Shown piece after piece: positions 37,301 through 45,876 of a stretch of DNA of 64,000 nt. The position numbers and the translations under genes were made by a program. Source of the stretch: Candidatus Bipolaricaulota bacterium (GTDB lineage: Bacteria; Bipolaricaulota; Bipolaricaulia; UBA7950; UBA9294); assembly GCA_018817505.1 (NCBI GenBank), contig JAHITR010000021.1:1077-65076 (forward strand). The letters are read 5' to 3'. Below the pieces are notes generated by a model. That model was given only the letters and a program-made list of their open reading frames with translations, ran no database searches and was not told where the DNA came from. Every line of letters starts with the position of its first letter. Positions within the stretch are counted from its first letter, which is position 1.

Positions 37301-40300
37301 ACGCGGTCACCGATGGATCCAATCCCTGGATAGGGATCAAACGTGAGCGAATTGGCGCCATCGCACTCACAAATGGTTTCGTCTGGATCAGCAGTCACGA
37401 TGTAGGTGCAATTCCAATTACCGCAATCCGGCGTGTAGGCGAAGACGATGTCCTGTGATGTGCCAGTAGCCACATCGACGGGGGCACTGTTGATCGTCAA
37501 TCCGCACGTAGGGCTTGTAAGACGGAAGATGACGTTCGTTGCATCGCCACAGCCCGTATTGCCAACCGTTGCGGTGACTTGTGCTGTTGCAGCGCGGCAA
37601 TCGACCACTGGATCGATATCTGTGACCACAAGGTTGGGAATCTCGGAGAGGATTGATGACAGACAGAAGGTGTTGTCCGTTCCATCACACTCGCAGATGT
37701 CGTTGCTGGCATCGACCTCAAACTGCGCGGAGTAGCCACAGTCGCCCGCGCAGAGGGCTTGGGAGAGCGTGTACTCAGTTAACGTGATGATGCTTGAGCC
37801 ACTCGCGGCGATTGTTTCACCTGAGATGGTCTCGATCCATGTATCGACGACATTGCCTGTGCAGTTGGCACCGTCATACACTGTGATGAGAATGTCGAAG
37901 TCCGCGGCCACGTCGCCGCATCCCGTATTCCCCACAGTCACATTGGCGCTTACGGTAGCATTGCCATCCACTGCGCAACCGATCGCTGCCACGGCTCCGG
38001 AGATCTCCAGATCAGGCAGTGTCGACGTAAACGGCTCTGACAACGCGTTGTTCGTCCCATCGCATTCACAGACCTCATCGGCAGGATCGATCGTGGCAGT
38101 GAATGTGCAGCTACAGTCTCCGCAATCCGACCATAATCCCGTGACCGGGAAGTCGACCGTGGCTGAACCGCCAGCGGCCAAATTGCTCACGGGTTCGTCG
38201 GCAAATGTCAGGCATCCGTCAGTTGCCAAGCGAAGATCGAAGGCTCCCGAATCGCCGCATCCGGTGTTGGCGATGGTGACGCGAACGAACCCAGCCATCG
38301 TGTCTGAGGCACACGTCACATCGCCAAAGTCGATGTCAGTGATCGTGAGATCGGGGGAGGCGATGGCAAAGTTGCCCGCGCACAGGGCGTTATTGGTGCC
38401 GTCGCACTCGCAAATCGCATTATTGTCGTCCGCTTCTATTCGAATTGAGAGCTGACAATCCGGCACATTGCACACCGCCAGGGTTCGTACGATATTGATG
38501 CTCTGCTGATCTGTTCCTCCGTTGGCGGCCAGAGAGAATCCCGAGAATGTCTGCGTGAATGTGTCGATTTCCGATCCCGTGCAGTCGGCGCCATCGAACA
38601 CGCGGAAGCGTACGAGGATGTTCTGGGTCAGCGGATTCCCGCAACCATCATTCCTCAGTGTGACCGGCCCCTGAATACGGATTTGTCCATCTGCAGAACA
38701 ACTGACAGTCAGCTCTGCAGAGTCAACGACCAAGTCGGGTAGCGTGATTGTTGTGGGCAGTGACGCAAGATTGTCATCTTCACTGCATTCGCAGATCTCA
38801 TCAAGAAAATCAACAGCTGCTGTGATGTTGTAGCTGCAACTCCCGCACCCAACATCCCAGCCAGCGAAGGTCAACGTTTGTGACGTGCCGTTAGCCAGAG
38901 GAAGGGTGCCTCCTAAGTTGGTGAAGCGATCAGAGACCGAGAAGCCGGTGGTGGTTTCCGTCAGCGTGATCTCAAAATCTGTCGTGATGTCTCCGTCGCC
39001 TGTATTGCGGACAACAAGCTGGATCTCGCCAGACGAAGGGGCCACACCATCTCCGGAGCACGTGAATGTCGGCGTGATGTCAGACGGTGAAATGGAGAGA
39101 TTGGGAATTCGGACATTGGCCTGATCCTGAATGGTGGATCCGATATCGCACGTGGCTTCAGCCGTCGTATTGGGATCGCCATCCAGGGCGCCACAGCCCC
39201 ATAAGACAGCCGCAGTGTCGCGACGAAGCGACAGCGCACAGTCGTCGGATGGCTGTTCGAGGTGAGCGGTGACCGTGGCGGTGAATGTTGCTGCCGGAGC
39301 GAGCGGGCCAATTTCCCAACCGATGATGTTGGCGCCCATAGCTGTACCTGCGCCAGCTGTTGGGCTGTCTGAGGAGTCCAGAACGAGTGATGCCCCCAGC
39401 GTGTCGGTGACGCGTATCCAATCCGCCGTTCCTGACCCTGTATTCACGACAGTAATCGTCCATGTGGCGGTATCGCCCGCATCGTAGCAATCCAGGGTGG
39501 TATTCACAGGCGACTTGTCGATGGTGAGCGTTGGGCTGAGTGATGTGAGTGGCACGGACGTGTTGTCTGTATATTGCGAGTTGCCACAACAATCGAAGGA
39601 ATAGACGGTGATCGGGATGCTCTGTGTTGTGAAATAGCAGGAGACATCGACATCGAATCGTAGCTGAATCGTTCCTCCTGGCGCGATCGTCTCGCAAGCA
39701 TCGCTTGCCCCACCCTCAGCGGCAATGTCATACCACGTGAGCGTTTGGCCCGTGGCGTTTGGATTGCCCGCAGGCGCGAATCCTCCTCCACAATCGATCT
39801 GTGTTGTACCCGTGGCATACGAGAGTTGGGCCGGCAACGTGATAACGACGTCAATGTTGGCGGTGGTCGCAACAGCGCTTGTGTTCTGAATCGTCAATGT
39901 CAGCGTCGTGCTTGCATCGCAGCCTTCAATGGCTCCCGGAGACAGCGATGCGCTGAGATCAAGCGGCGGCTGCCGCGTGGCCGAGATTGACGCCGTGGTA
40001 GGAGAGGTTGTCGTGCAGTCGGCATCGTTGGTTGCTGACGAGCCATCGACAATGCCGCATCCCCAAGCGGCGTCGATGAATACGTCCAGGGCGTCACAAT
40101 CCAATCCTCCGGCAGCAGATGCGGCGGTCAGCGACAGGGTGACGACCTCGTCAATCGCCAAGTCCTTGATCTCCCAAGTGATTGTCTGCCCTGTGTTGGT
40201 TCCACCATCTACGACGGGCGTACGCCCGGGAGCGCCTGTAGAACTGACGAAGGTCAATCCATCATCGAGTGTGGCAACCACCTGAACAACGGGAATGAGC

Positions 40301-43300
40301 ACGGTCCCATCATTGGTGACGTCGATTTCCCATGTGGCTTGGCCACCGCAATCGATGGCTTCCCCTGGGGCAGGACTCACTTGGCGAACCGCCGTAAGGA
40401 CGACGGACGGTGTCAAGCCGATGGTGAACGATCCGATATTCGACAATCTTGGAGTCTTGCATGGGTTTTCGTAGGTCGCCTGGAAAGACAGGCTCCCTCC
40501 TTGGAACCCACAATTCACCGTGTAGTCAAAGCGAATCTTGACGACGTCCTTGGGGGCCATGTCTGACAACGTGGCGACTTGAGCGGACGTCCAAGTCAGC
40601 AGTTGTCCGACGATAGCGGGCTCGCCGGCCGGATTCCACACGGTGCCTCCATCTACGCTGAATTCGGGGTTTCCCAGATACGCAAGCCCTGCAGGTAACG
40701 TAACATTGGCGGCAATGTTGTACAGCGTCGTGACGCCAGCGTTCTTCATCGTGACTGTCGCGGGATTATCCGAGCACATCGGCACAGGTGTCGGACTGAA
40801 TGAGGTGGCGACGAGTTTGCCTGTCGGGACGATGACGGACGAGCTGTCAGTTCTTGGTGCCTGACAGCTGGTGTCGTCACATCCCCACGAAGCGGCAATA
40901 TTGTTGGTGAGTCCCGTGCACGCGACGAGCTCAGCCGCTACGGTGATTGTTCGCAATTCTCCTGGCTGTAGCTCATCGATGATCCACGAGACGCCATTGA
41001 TGGCTCCGCCCTCATGATTCACGTTCGGGTACTCGGTCGCACCGGCGGCATTGTCGATGGACGAACCAGCCGCGTTGTAGATCAATCCGCTTCCCAGCGT
41101 GTCATCAACCCACGTGTTGTAGGCCACGCCATTGCCTGTGTTGTGGACGACGACAGACCAGGACACGTACCGCGTGGTCGCATACAAAATCTCGGGGGAC
41201 TTGCGTGTGTAGACGTCGGCTGATAGAGACAGGCTTGCTTGATCCGAAGATGAGGTCGAGCACGAGTCATCGTACACGGCATCATCGTGACAGCGATCAT
41301 CGAACAGGGCGATGACGGACAGATCGGCGAGTGGGCCGCCACAGGGGACGGTGACGGGAAATGTAAGAGTCGCTTCGTTCCCGGTGACAAATGCATCAGC
41401 GAAGCGCCATTCATAAGTACTTCCACCCGCTACAGGGGCCGTACACGTTGTGCCGTCCGTCGGGCTTGCGTCACCCATGCACACGGCTTGAGACATATCA
41501 ATAATCGAGCCACCGGTGTTGGTGAGAACGAGCCGGACATCACGCGGTGCGGCAAGGTCCGAGGTGCGATTGAGCGTAATCGTGACGTCATAGGTGGCAC
41601 AGTATTCCTGGATCGTTGGGATCCCATCGATGGACACGGACATGGCTGGCGGTTGTGCGATGACAGGGAGGCGTTGTGCGGGATCTGCGTACATCGTGCC
41701 GCAGTAGTCGATGCTGGTGGCTCCCGGATCGAGCTCAATGCCGGCATCGATGGGATAGCTGGATGCGGTGCAGCTTGCGTCATCCAGGCCGAGCACGCTC
41801 AGGTGGTAGCTGTAGACGATCGTCCTGTTTCGTACGGAAATGGGATCCGTCAGGCGGAGCTCCAACCTGCCCGCCGGGGTTCCATCGACTACAGCCCCCA
41901 ATGTTGCACCCGTGACTGCCGCAGTTCCGGGCTCGTACAGCAAGTCGCCGTTTCCATCCACGAAGTAGGTGAACTCATTGAGTAGAAGGTCGTCGAGGGC
42001 TGGATCGTTTGCGAACACGTAGGTGTGCGTGACCTCGACATCGTAGCTTGATGAGCAGCGCACCACCGTAGTTCGATTGAGACTCATGGTCGATGAGAAC
42101 AGGGCGACGCCATCTCCATATCCCTCACAGAGAATGGTGGTTGCCGCTGACGCGGTTCCCGTGATGGTGCAACCGCAACAATCTGTGCCTGTTGCCGTCA
42201 CCGTATTATCGTCCGTTCCTCCGCCAGGAATGGCACAGTATCCACAGTCGGTTGGCGCCTGGAGTTGGATTGTCTCATCAAACGGAGGATCGGCAGGATT
42301 GTAGGTCCAGGTAATGGTGCGAGCGCCTCCATTGACGATTCCTCCGGCTGGCTCGATGACCGCGAATCCCTCGGGATACGTGTCGACAATCGTTATGGCT
42401 CCAGGACTGCTTCCCCCGCAGTCCACGCTGCCGACATACTCGACCGTGATGTCGTAGCTGCCGATCTCGCCAAGACGCAGAGATTCAGGACCCATCTTCG
42501 TTACCGCGAGCGATGGACCTGACTCCGAAGTGCAATTGGAGAACTGGGGATACGCGACGAAAGGGATGCCGCAGTCATTGGAGTACGTTAGCTCGAAGGT
42601 ATTCAGTCCACTAGGCGGCCCAGCGCACCAGTCGACACTCTCGTGAAGAATGTAGAAATCGAGAGAGAACGTCTCTGCAGGTGCGATATCGGGAATCGTG
42701 AAGCAGCCATCCGTGTACGACACGCCGCTGGGAAGGCGAGAGAGGTCGACTTCATAAATGTGGATTGAGCAGCAGAGTTCCACATTCCTCGCTGAGCCTG
42801 CTCCATTATTGACGATGGGTATTTGTACCTGTGTTTCATTGGAGCAGTATGCGAGAACGACGTCCGGCACATCGAGCGATAGATCCGGATTCTTGACGAT
42901 GAGATTGAGCGAGGCAGTCGCGGTCCCTTCATCCGAGGCAGTATCGTAGCAAACATCGTCTCCGCCGCAGCCCCAAGTGGCATTGACCTCATTGATCAGA
43001 TTGGCGCACGAGACGACCTCGGCAGTCAGCTGAACGCTGGCTGTATCGCCTACTGCAATGGAACCCAGTGCCGGTGTGGTCCCTGCATTCCACGTGGTTG
43101 TTTGACCTGCATTGGATCCTCCGTCTGATGCGGCATTAAAGGCCAATCCTGAGTCGAGGACGTCTACAATTTCTACGTTGGATACTGTACCTAGGCCCGT
43201 ATTCTCAACCGTAATCGTCCAAGTGACGGGATCGCCCACTGAGGCGTCTTGAACAGACGGGGTCTTGCTGATCACGACGGCCCCGGGCAGGATCTCAACG

Positions 43301-43746
43301 GAGGTGGAACTGACATTTTGAAGCGGAGCACCAGGGATGGCACAGTTTTCGAAATCGACTGTGATGATATCGGTCCCTGAAACGGCTGCACAAGTGGTTG
43401 CCATGTCGTAGGAGAGGGTGATGCTCTCGCCGGGAGGCAAGGCATAGGCCGAGCCGCGGATGGCGTCGATATTCCACACATTGTTGATCGGGTCGACAGT
43501 GAATATCTCGGCCGTCTCATTCAAAGTAATCGCTGTGGAGCCGGGCACATAAACGAAGCCGTCATTGGGTAGCGTATGTGTTGCCGATAGAAAGCAAGCG
43601 CTCTGTGTAGCACTGGCGTTGGTGATGGTCACAGTGAACGTGGCCTGATCGCATTGATTCATTTGATCAGGTCCGACGATGGATTGGGCACACACAACGA
43701 CCGGAATACATAGCAGTACGATGAACCAACCGCACATCCGTGTCAT
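28351..43746 (-). CDS. giant secreted surface protein (5131 aa): N-terminal DUF11-type and CARDB-like domains, SdrD-B/Cna-B-like domains, ~7 tandem DUF11 repeats, then three ~550-aa alpha-helical modules
   Basis: Single uninterrupted 15.4-kb ORF with GAGGAG RBS and signal peptide MTRMCGWFIVLLCIPVVVCAQS. CARDB-like units: ...PDL(V/E/T)...N(T/D)GCG(D/N).... SdrD-B-like: GSIGD(R/Y)VWFD..GDG.QD..E.GI..V.V.L. DUF11-like repeats end in ...DTSD.DAEDPDADDTGI. The C-terminus carries three helical modules sharing ...YIPHA.R......D..S..FDQLSLL.GLSE.... Confidence 0.85.
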   Translation of the reverse strand: MTRMCGWFIVLLCIPVVVCAQSIVGPDQMNQCDQATFTVTITNASATQSACFLSATHTLPNDGFVYVPGSTAITLNETAEIFTVDPINNVWNIDAIRGSAYALPPGESITLSYDMATTCAAVSGTDIITVDFENCAIPGAPLQNVSSTSVEILPGAVVISKTPSVQDASVGDPVTWTITVENTGLGTVSNVEIVDVLDSGLAFNAASDGGSNAGQTTTWNAGTTPALGSIAVGDTASVQLTAEVVSCANLINEVNATWGCGGDDVCYDTASDEGTATASLNLIVKNPDLSLDVPDVVLAYCSNETQVQIPIVNNGAGSARNVELCCSIHIYEVDLSRLPSGVSYTDGCFTIPDIAPAETFSLDFYILHESVDWCAGPPSGLNTFELTYSNDCGIPFVAYPQFSNCTSESGPSLAVTKMGPESLRLGEIGSYDITVEYVGSVDCGGSSPGAITIVDTYPEGFAVIEPAGGIVNGGARTITWTYNPADPPFDETIQLQAPTDCGYCAIPGGGTDDNTVTATGTDCCGCTITGTASAATTILCEGYGDGVALFSSTMSLNRTTVVRCSSSYDVEVTHTYVFANDPALDDLLLNEFTYFVDGNGDLLYEPGTAAVTGATLGAVVDGTPAGRLELRLTDPISVRNRTIVYSYHLSVLGLDDASCTASSYPIDAGIELDPGATSIDYCGTMYADPAQRLPVIAQPPAMSVSIDGIPTIQEYCATYDVTITLNRTSDLAAPRDVRLVLTNTGGSIIDMSQAVCMGDASPTDGTTCTAPVAGGSTYEWRFADAFVTGNEATLTFPVTVPCGGPLADLSVIALFDDRCHDDAVYDDSCSTSSSDQASLSLSADVYTRKSPEILYATTRYVSWSVVVHNTGNGVAYNTWVDDTLGSGLIYNAAGSSIDNAAGATEYPNVNHEGGAINGVSWIIDELQPGELRTITVAAELVACTGLTNNIAASWGCDDTSCQAPRTDSSSVIVPTGKLVATSFSPTPVPMCSDNPATVTMKNAGVTTLYNIAANVTLPAGLAYLGNPEFSVDGGTVWNPAGEPAIVGQLLTWTSAQVATLSDMAPKDVVKIRFDYTVNCGFQGGSLSFQATYENPCKTPRLSNIGSFTIGLTPSVVLTAVRQVSPAPGEAIDCGGQATWEIDVTNDGTVLIPVVQVVATLDDGLTFVSSTGAPGRTPVVDGGTNTGQTITWEIKDLAIDEVVTLSLTAASAAGGLDCDALDVFIDAAWGCGIVDGSSATNDADCTTTSPTTASISATRQPPLDLSASLSPGAIEGCDASTTLTLTIQNTSAVATTANIDVVITLPAQLSYATGTTQIDCGGGFAPAGNPNATGQTLTWYDIAAEGGASDACETIAPGGTIQLRFDVDVSCYFTTQSIPITVYSFDCCGNSQYTDNTSVPLTSLSPTLTIDKSPVNTTLDCYDAGDTATWTITVVNTGSGTADWIRVTDTLGASLVLDSSDSPTAGAGTAMGANIIGWEIGPLAPAATFTATVTAHLEQPSDDCALSLRRDTAAVLWGCGALDGDPNTTAEATCDIGSTIQDQANVRIPNLSISPSDITPTFTCSGDGVAPSSGEIQLVVRNTGDGDITTDFEITLTETTTGFSVSDRFTNLGGTLPLANGTSQTLTFAGWDVGCGSCSYNITAAVDFLDEICECSEDDNLASLPTTITLPDLVVDSAELTVSCSADGQIRIQGPVTLRNDGCGNPLTQNILVRFRVFDGADCTGSEIDTFTQTFSGFSLAANGGTDQQSINIVRTLAVCNVPDCQLSIRIEADDNNAICECDGTNNALCAGNFAIASPDLTITDIDFGDVTCASDTMAGFVRVTIANTGCGDSGAFDLRLATDGCLTFADEPVSNLAAGGSATVDFPVTGLWSDCGDCSCTFTATIDPADEVCECDGTNNALSEPFTSTLPDLEISGAVAAIGCAVDGNATVSANVTVGNTGCGDVAADFDILITVYDGANCTGNVVDTWIETISGETIAASGSSIITLTEYTLSQALCAGDCGYSAQFEVDASNDICECDGTDNTFCLSSILSEIPNLVVTDIDPVVDCRAATAQVTATVGNTGCGDATNVIFRLTSPTCGLTINSAPVDVATGTSQDIVFAYTPDCGNWNCTYIVTADPDETICECDGANSLTFDPYPGIGSIGDRVWFDFDGDGVQDPGEDGIPGVIVIIEGDLDNDGFIDYTAELTTDANGEYVFNDLPAGNYTITVQVNTLPAGLNQTYDYDGLGTAHTSDYTLAENEHNREQDFGYRGSGSIGDYVWFDINGDGVQDPSENGIANVSVTLQGDVDGDGINEILTTTTDANGLYLFDFLPAGAYTITVDDTTLPDGLAQTYDYDGLGTAHTSDYVLAAGEHNREQDFGYATPALSVDKVIADILRRGVSIGNITGPVEPGDVIVYQFMIENVGPVPAYSVGFDDTLPAGIVTETNAPGNAGSYVVGAPAASGSLGLSDGATAFNAPLGLTVNAGETLTATFTAIVTSAVAQGDQLTNTAHAYGEREDGTAIPPENVLLGDTSDTDAEDPDADDTGIVTVGVLVPALSVDKTITDITRGGASIGISGPVEPGDVVSYRFAVTNVGGATAYEVEFSDTLPPGMQTVVGGTYSVSAPADSGSLGLAAGAVTFTTTLGATIAGGAVLAADFTAVVTSGIEQGVDLVNTAEAIGFDGFGTEIPDANPAIGDTSDSDAEDPDADDTGIAVIGTEKPALSVDKIITQIIRRGLSIGIAEPVEPGDVVFYSYTIRNVGLGTAYNVDFTDTLPVGMVTEINAPGIAGSYDVTDPSVSNAPLAGLADGVSAFTTTIHATIDGGGQLVAQYTAYVTSAIQQGVDLINVAAATGVDGAGNPIPSENADVGDVSDDDAEDPDADDTGIVILETRQPALTLDKRVTNVIRGGVPIGIVDPLLYLDVVEYTVTIRNVGLGTAYAVEFTDSIPAGLETETTAPGNSGSYTVSSPSTSGSLLLPDGATTFSTSIDATLNGGAELTAVYTVLVTPSAAPGIDLVNTVSTAGVDGAGTQIPPENASIGDTSDDDVEDPDADDTGIASVRVGAPALVTRKSVVSINRQGTTLTDSIVEPGDVVTYEVAVANVGTGPAQAVNMRDILPAGFHYQGHTVASWPSGSSTSDPTGVPGPTLVWTLNANLDSGEELVVRFDVLVTSQIQQGKVYTNIVIATGKDSVGTPIPPDNRSVAPEDDDPDDSSAVSLMGAVPALITDKAILNVVRNGSSLGAKDTVQAFDLVTYQLLVTNVGGGTAYEVGVRDALPSPFSFVSSSTQGTWPYRIGVFTRNPTGAPGPALLWDTDATLSPGDTLTLTFEALVNGGVNPGSVYTNVLEAEGTDGLGTQIPPNRSGDVPSDTDLDDRDDVSLTGIAEVPALVTTKRVTEIIRSGAPLYDNRIEEGDIVEFALTVQNVGAATASNVNITDQLPTAFGYVDATSSAAWPLGSSFADPFAGFSGLQWSLNATLRPGDRLEIRFLAFVTGPIYDGSAYTNTMKATGLDPSGTAIPEDQRESVPGDVDPDDASQVTLIGRSAYAQGEGGSLVPLPILRKTSEVLSDNVCETWNATVDRLWFQTDIAMYAAAEFELLHSVPDAASLIPESLLPTWIRTVGSETADYAFDNLMQVDVLSSLGVGLIHAPLILEQAEARNLSATAILEQRLSELATRAEVANASLPLAEQWIFLEYEGGEPIYDVWDDGLLGPSGHWTVTDEDIVASALGMGLVKQSMEIETLLASAVPLDHFLGWVLLDILSNKIIALESNLTLRPDHNTPYIPHASRWNLDTSDTTVVDDDSTLFDQLSLLWGLSEASSLVGSLESAWPAEESDLRNRVLHSVANVLHETLVAINALHLTADRQWINRVGPGQANGDAATTRDLGLLLVALESAQDVVAESDREMLTDLQRLAIIALIARQNDAGWFSVAETSIPENAWALLPQLAGIRGLVAGSDLVVGALTSAQSAFNALDDRMWVGEMGSGLYASFATSDEKVYCYTPLEIGLATGALRELALQSTEERSAHILSRMSGFIRTIVDDAALQLANASPANASFSHLSSTGTIAPVSTDGILGRLAPVLQQRLCLDNENPGEDSCRGWSVVERDPWYQTDISMFAAFVIQDRVAAIEDYADANLNAVTLHSGLGIRFDDMPDLQSAIEGFASETNFPLVADSLAPIAIPYAAGSPETGMNTLTWNPSTFDTRVLASAQGMTLLREAQEARQLLDLEDRESYEAFRQRVLLASILQKIVVLRELQQLGPNDVSYVPHATARNLGAAYSWNTLDRGSSIFDQLSLLLGLSETYSLLSDSRIESILDAQPFPSTDWRSMVLGLAEDVMRTLEVAHLDPVADILVEEASPTLSGWIRSDSVSLVNLGMLATALNHILESFGESSSIGSRALVLLSKEVSFLRETLVDARGGFDESWPVIPESSVDCDRQTFAGQTAALRALQIAQRWLGLKAEVVLDAFKTLDARFWDPSLFVYRTQSSLLEWCVTPLDFALAVDALSRMANQLTGVDRWQLETRLASHIDRILDGVPLHLPGGLVSSQAPSIAAERSLAPVFDALACFQSPVLSQGADWAEPGDTIRYTLSAENITDETFYNLVLEDLLPAGVTVIATDPVREQDNPLIQWSFDDLLPTEERTWQILARVDADTAVGDLLQNCATLTYENVAGEPQPPREACADVEIQSQETGMAGVLETLEAEYMTDEAMHLATALDALACIPDLNWRYATLAHELADENVGVLLGESGLGVPVRYAPQLPTTDNRTVSLEDTLNRFALASDLPEIPSFGSSIFLPYESGVPTLANGLGFPPTSAVITPAALGWTLAREAQYVVSCARTDTPLHRYLAAWVRFALDNQLSWIATSTILNESGAPYLPHALRAIVAGEDVSYGVSDTRSTVYDQASLLIGLIAAAQPGVLDSRGQRLAEQLATETFEQLVRHWNPEIRAFAEPLETADASSVARWYDHSMAAKAIAMSRDILTRERSTADSILSAMAQRALDQGSEVHAIEEASRLLVLILAGDSLGDLGYQSAVLGDWRAFMAQAYRPEIDGYILSPQAVRGWGHTPGQLSVIVDLLAALATHPSEQADALRAASRLLLTHIVEDRVQLISPTHFWDLHTHSRCLGIASVFARHSGILPVWFGLMP
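34200..37600. repeat. coding tandem repeats (~470-bp units, DUF11-type domains) inside the 5131-aa gene
   Basis: Repeated protein blocks ending ...DAEDPDADDTGI. Recurring near-identical out-of-frame pseudo-ORFs in the track (MPVSSASGSSASSSD..., at 34544, 35015, 35573, 36002) reflect the DNA-level repetition. Boundaries approximate. Confidence 0.5.
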
Positions 43747-43781
43747 CTTGCTCTCCTCATGATGTCATGCAATAACGCTAA

Positions 43782-45711
43782 TTACTCACTTCCAGTCTTT
43801 TCGATATGAATTTGCAGGAATCCTTGATCGGGGCCCGTACGTGCCCAAGGCCAGAGAAAGAAGAACTCGGACTTCACGCCGCGATCCAGGGTTGCGGAAA
43901 CCAGTAGACTGAGAGGCTCCTGGATGACAGAGCCATCGCCCGATTCCGTGTTCTCACCAATCCACAAGATGTGTTCGCCAAACGGAACGGACAGGAAGAA
44001 GAACCGCCCCCCGTCGTCTGTCAATGTCTCTGTATCGCCATCTAGGATGATGCGCAATCCCTGCAAAGGCCGATCGATGTCTTCGTCAAATGCGCCATCT
44101 CCATCGATGTCGGCGTAAACCAAGCCTTTGAGCTTGGTCGATGTCTTGACGACGCCCAGCGTGACTGTTTCAACAGCGCTGATCCCCAACGTCACCATCG
44201 TTTCGGTTTGAGTAATGGCAAAACCGCGACTCTCCAATTGGGAAACAGCCCCAGGGGTCATAGCGACAGTCCAACTTCCCGCGTTCAGCTCAACGCTGAG
44301 TCCGCCGTCTGCCTGTGTCGCTAGGGTGTCCCCGCCTATAGCCAGGCCGATGCCAGGCAATCCCGGCTCACCGGGATCCATGATCCCATTGGCATCAAGG
44401 TCCTCAAACACAAACACCTGAATGGACTGGATCGATGCAATACGCACGAAAGCCGTGGCTTGAGAGCTGGCCCCAGTCGGCTGTCCCCGGTAGAGATCGC
44501 GCACTTCGAGCACAATTTGGCCGAAGTGGGGCTCTCGGAAGATGTAGGTCAGTTGAGCACTCGTACTCCAGTCGGTGTCTGGTGTGCCATTTCCGTCCAG
44601 ATCCCACCGATATTGAAGAATATCTCCTAGGTCCGGATCATTGCTAAATGATGCATCCAGAACCAGAGGTTCATTGACAGTCCCCTGATACAAAGAGCCC
44701 GCATTGGCAGTTGGCGGATGGTTGGTATGTCGCACGTGAACTTCGACCCAGCTCGTGGCGGTTGCACCACACACATCTCTCGCCGTGTACGGGAATCGAT
44801 CTGTGCCCTCGAATCGAGCCGTCGGTGTGTAGCGGATGCTGTTCCCAACGATCACGGCCGTGCCGTTGGCGGGCGTTCCGATTGAATCCAAACTCAAGCC
44901 ACTGCCTGTATCATTGCCAAGCACATTGATTAACAGCGCTTGAGATTCTTCAGTCTCGACCGTATCACCGACCGCTATCGGAGAGGACGTTGGGATTGTG
45001 ACCGTAACAGTCGCTGTGTCTAGGCTTCCGCTAGGACCCGCGACTTCATAAGCGAACGTGTCGACCCCGCACGCGTCTGGATTGGATGTATAGCGAATGA
45101 GCGTTCCGCCTGAAATGATCTCAGCCGTTCCTTTGCTTGCGGGAGACGTCAATCGATTGACGAAGATCTGCCCGGCGCCGTCAGAGATCTCAAAGCTAGT
45201 GCTATAGGTTGTTCTCGGGTCACTGCATTCACATGTCGGGGGAGAAGGAAACGGAGTCTCGGAAGGACAGGGTATCGAATCGGTCGCTGTCGCAGCAGCG
45301 GAGACGTAAATATCATTAGCGAGAACGTCGATTTCTGCACTCGTCCCTCGTGAAACCGTCGCCGAATCGTTGGCTGCAGACAATCCTCCTCCACCGAATT
45401 CGATACCATAGGTTCCCATGTGCTCATCGCACAGATCCACGGCATCCACATCGGAGGCATGTTCAATCACCAACGTGTGCGTACCTGCAGCGGTGATATT
45501 GAGGTAAAACGTCCTTTGATTCGTTCCTCCAGAGAAGAACGTGATGAGTCCCAGATTCTGCCCATCCACGTACACGCGAGCAATGTCGTCATCTGAATTG
45601 GTTCCGTTGTCGTAGACGCGCAACGAAATGTCAGCACACACGGCTGTTGCGATGGCTGCCATCAGAACCACCACAGTAAGAACGACGATCTTCAGCCTAG
45701 AACCTCTCATG
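43782..45711 (-). CDS. secreted cell-surface protein with cadherin/Big-like, PKD-like and SdrD-B-like domains (~642 aa)
   Basis: Start ATG at 45709-45711 (AGGAGGGAAC RBS; MRGSRLKIVVLTVVVLMAAIATAVCA signal peptide). It contains ...VLANDIYVS..., ...YRWDLDGNGTPD... (PKD-like) and ...VFVFEDLDANGIMDPGEPGLPG... (SdrD-B-like). It sits 35 nt upstream of the 5131-aa gene. Confidence 0.75.
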
Positions 45712-45876
45712 TTCCCTCCTGCCGCCAATACCTGCTTTGGGACTGATCTAGTCTAGCATGATTCTCTAACGTGGCGTGTGATTCAGCAAACATATTCCGT
45801 GGGCTCTGGACGTCGTTCGCTACAGCCAGGAGATCGCCGTCCCGGCAAAAACCATGTCGGGACGGCGGTCAGACAG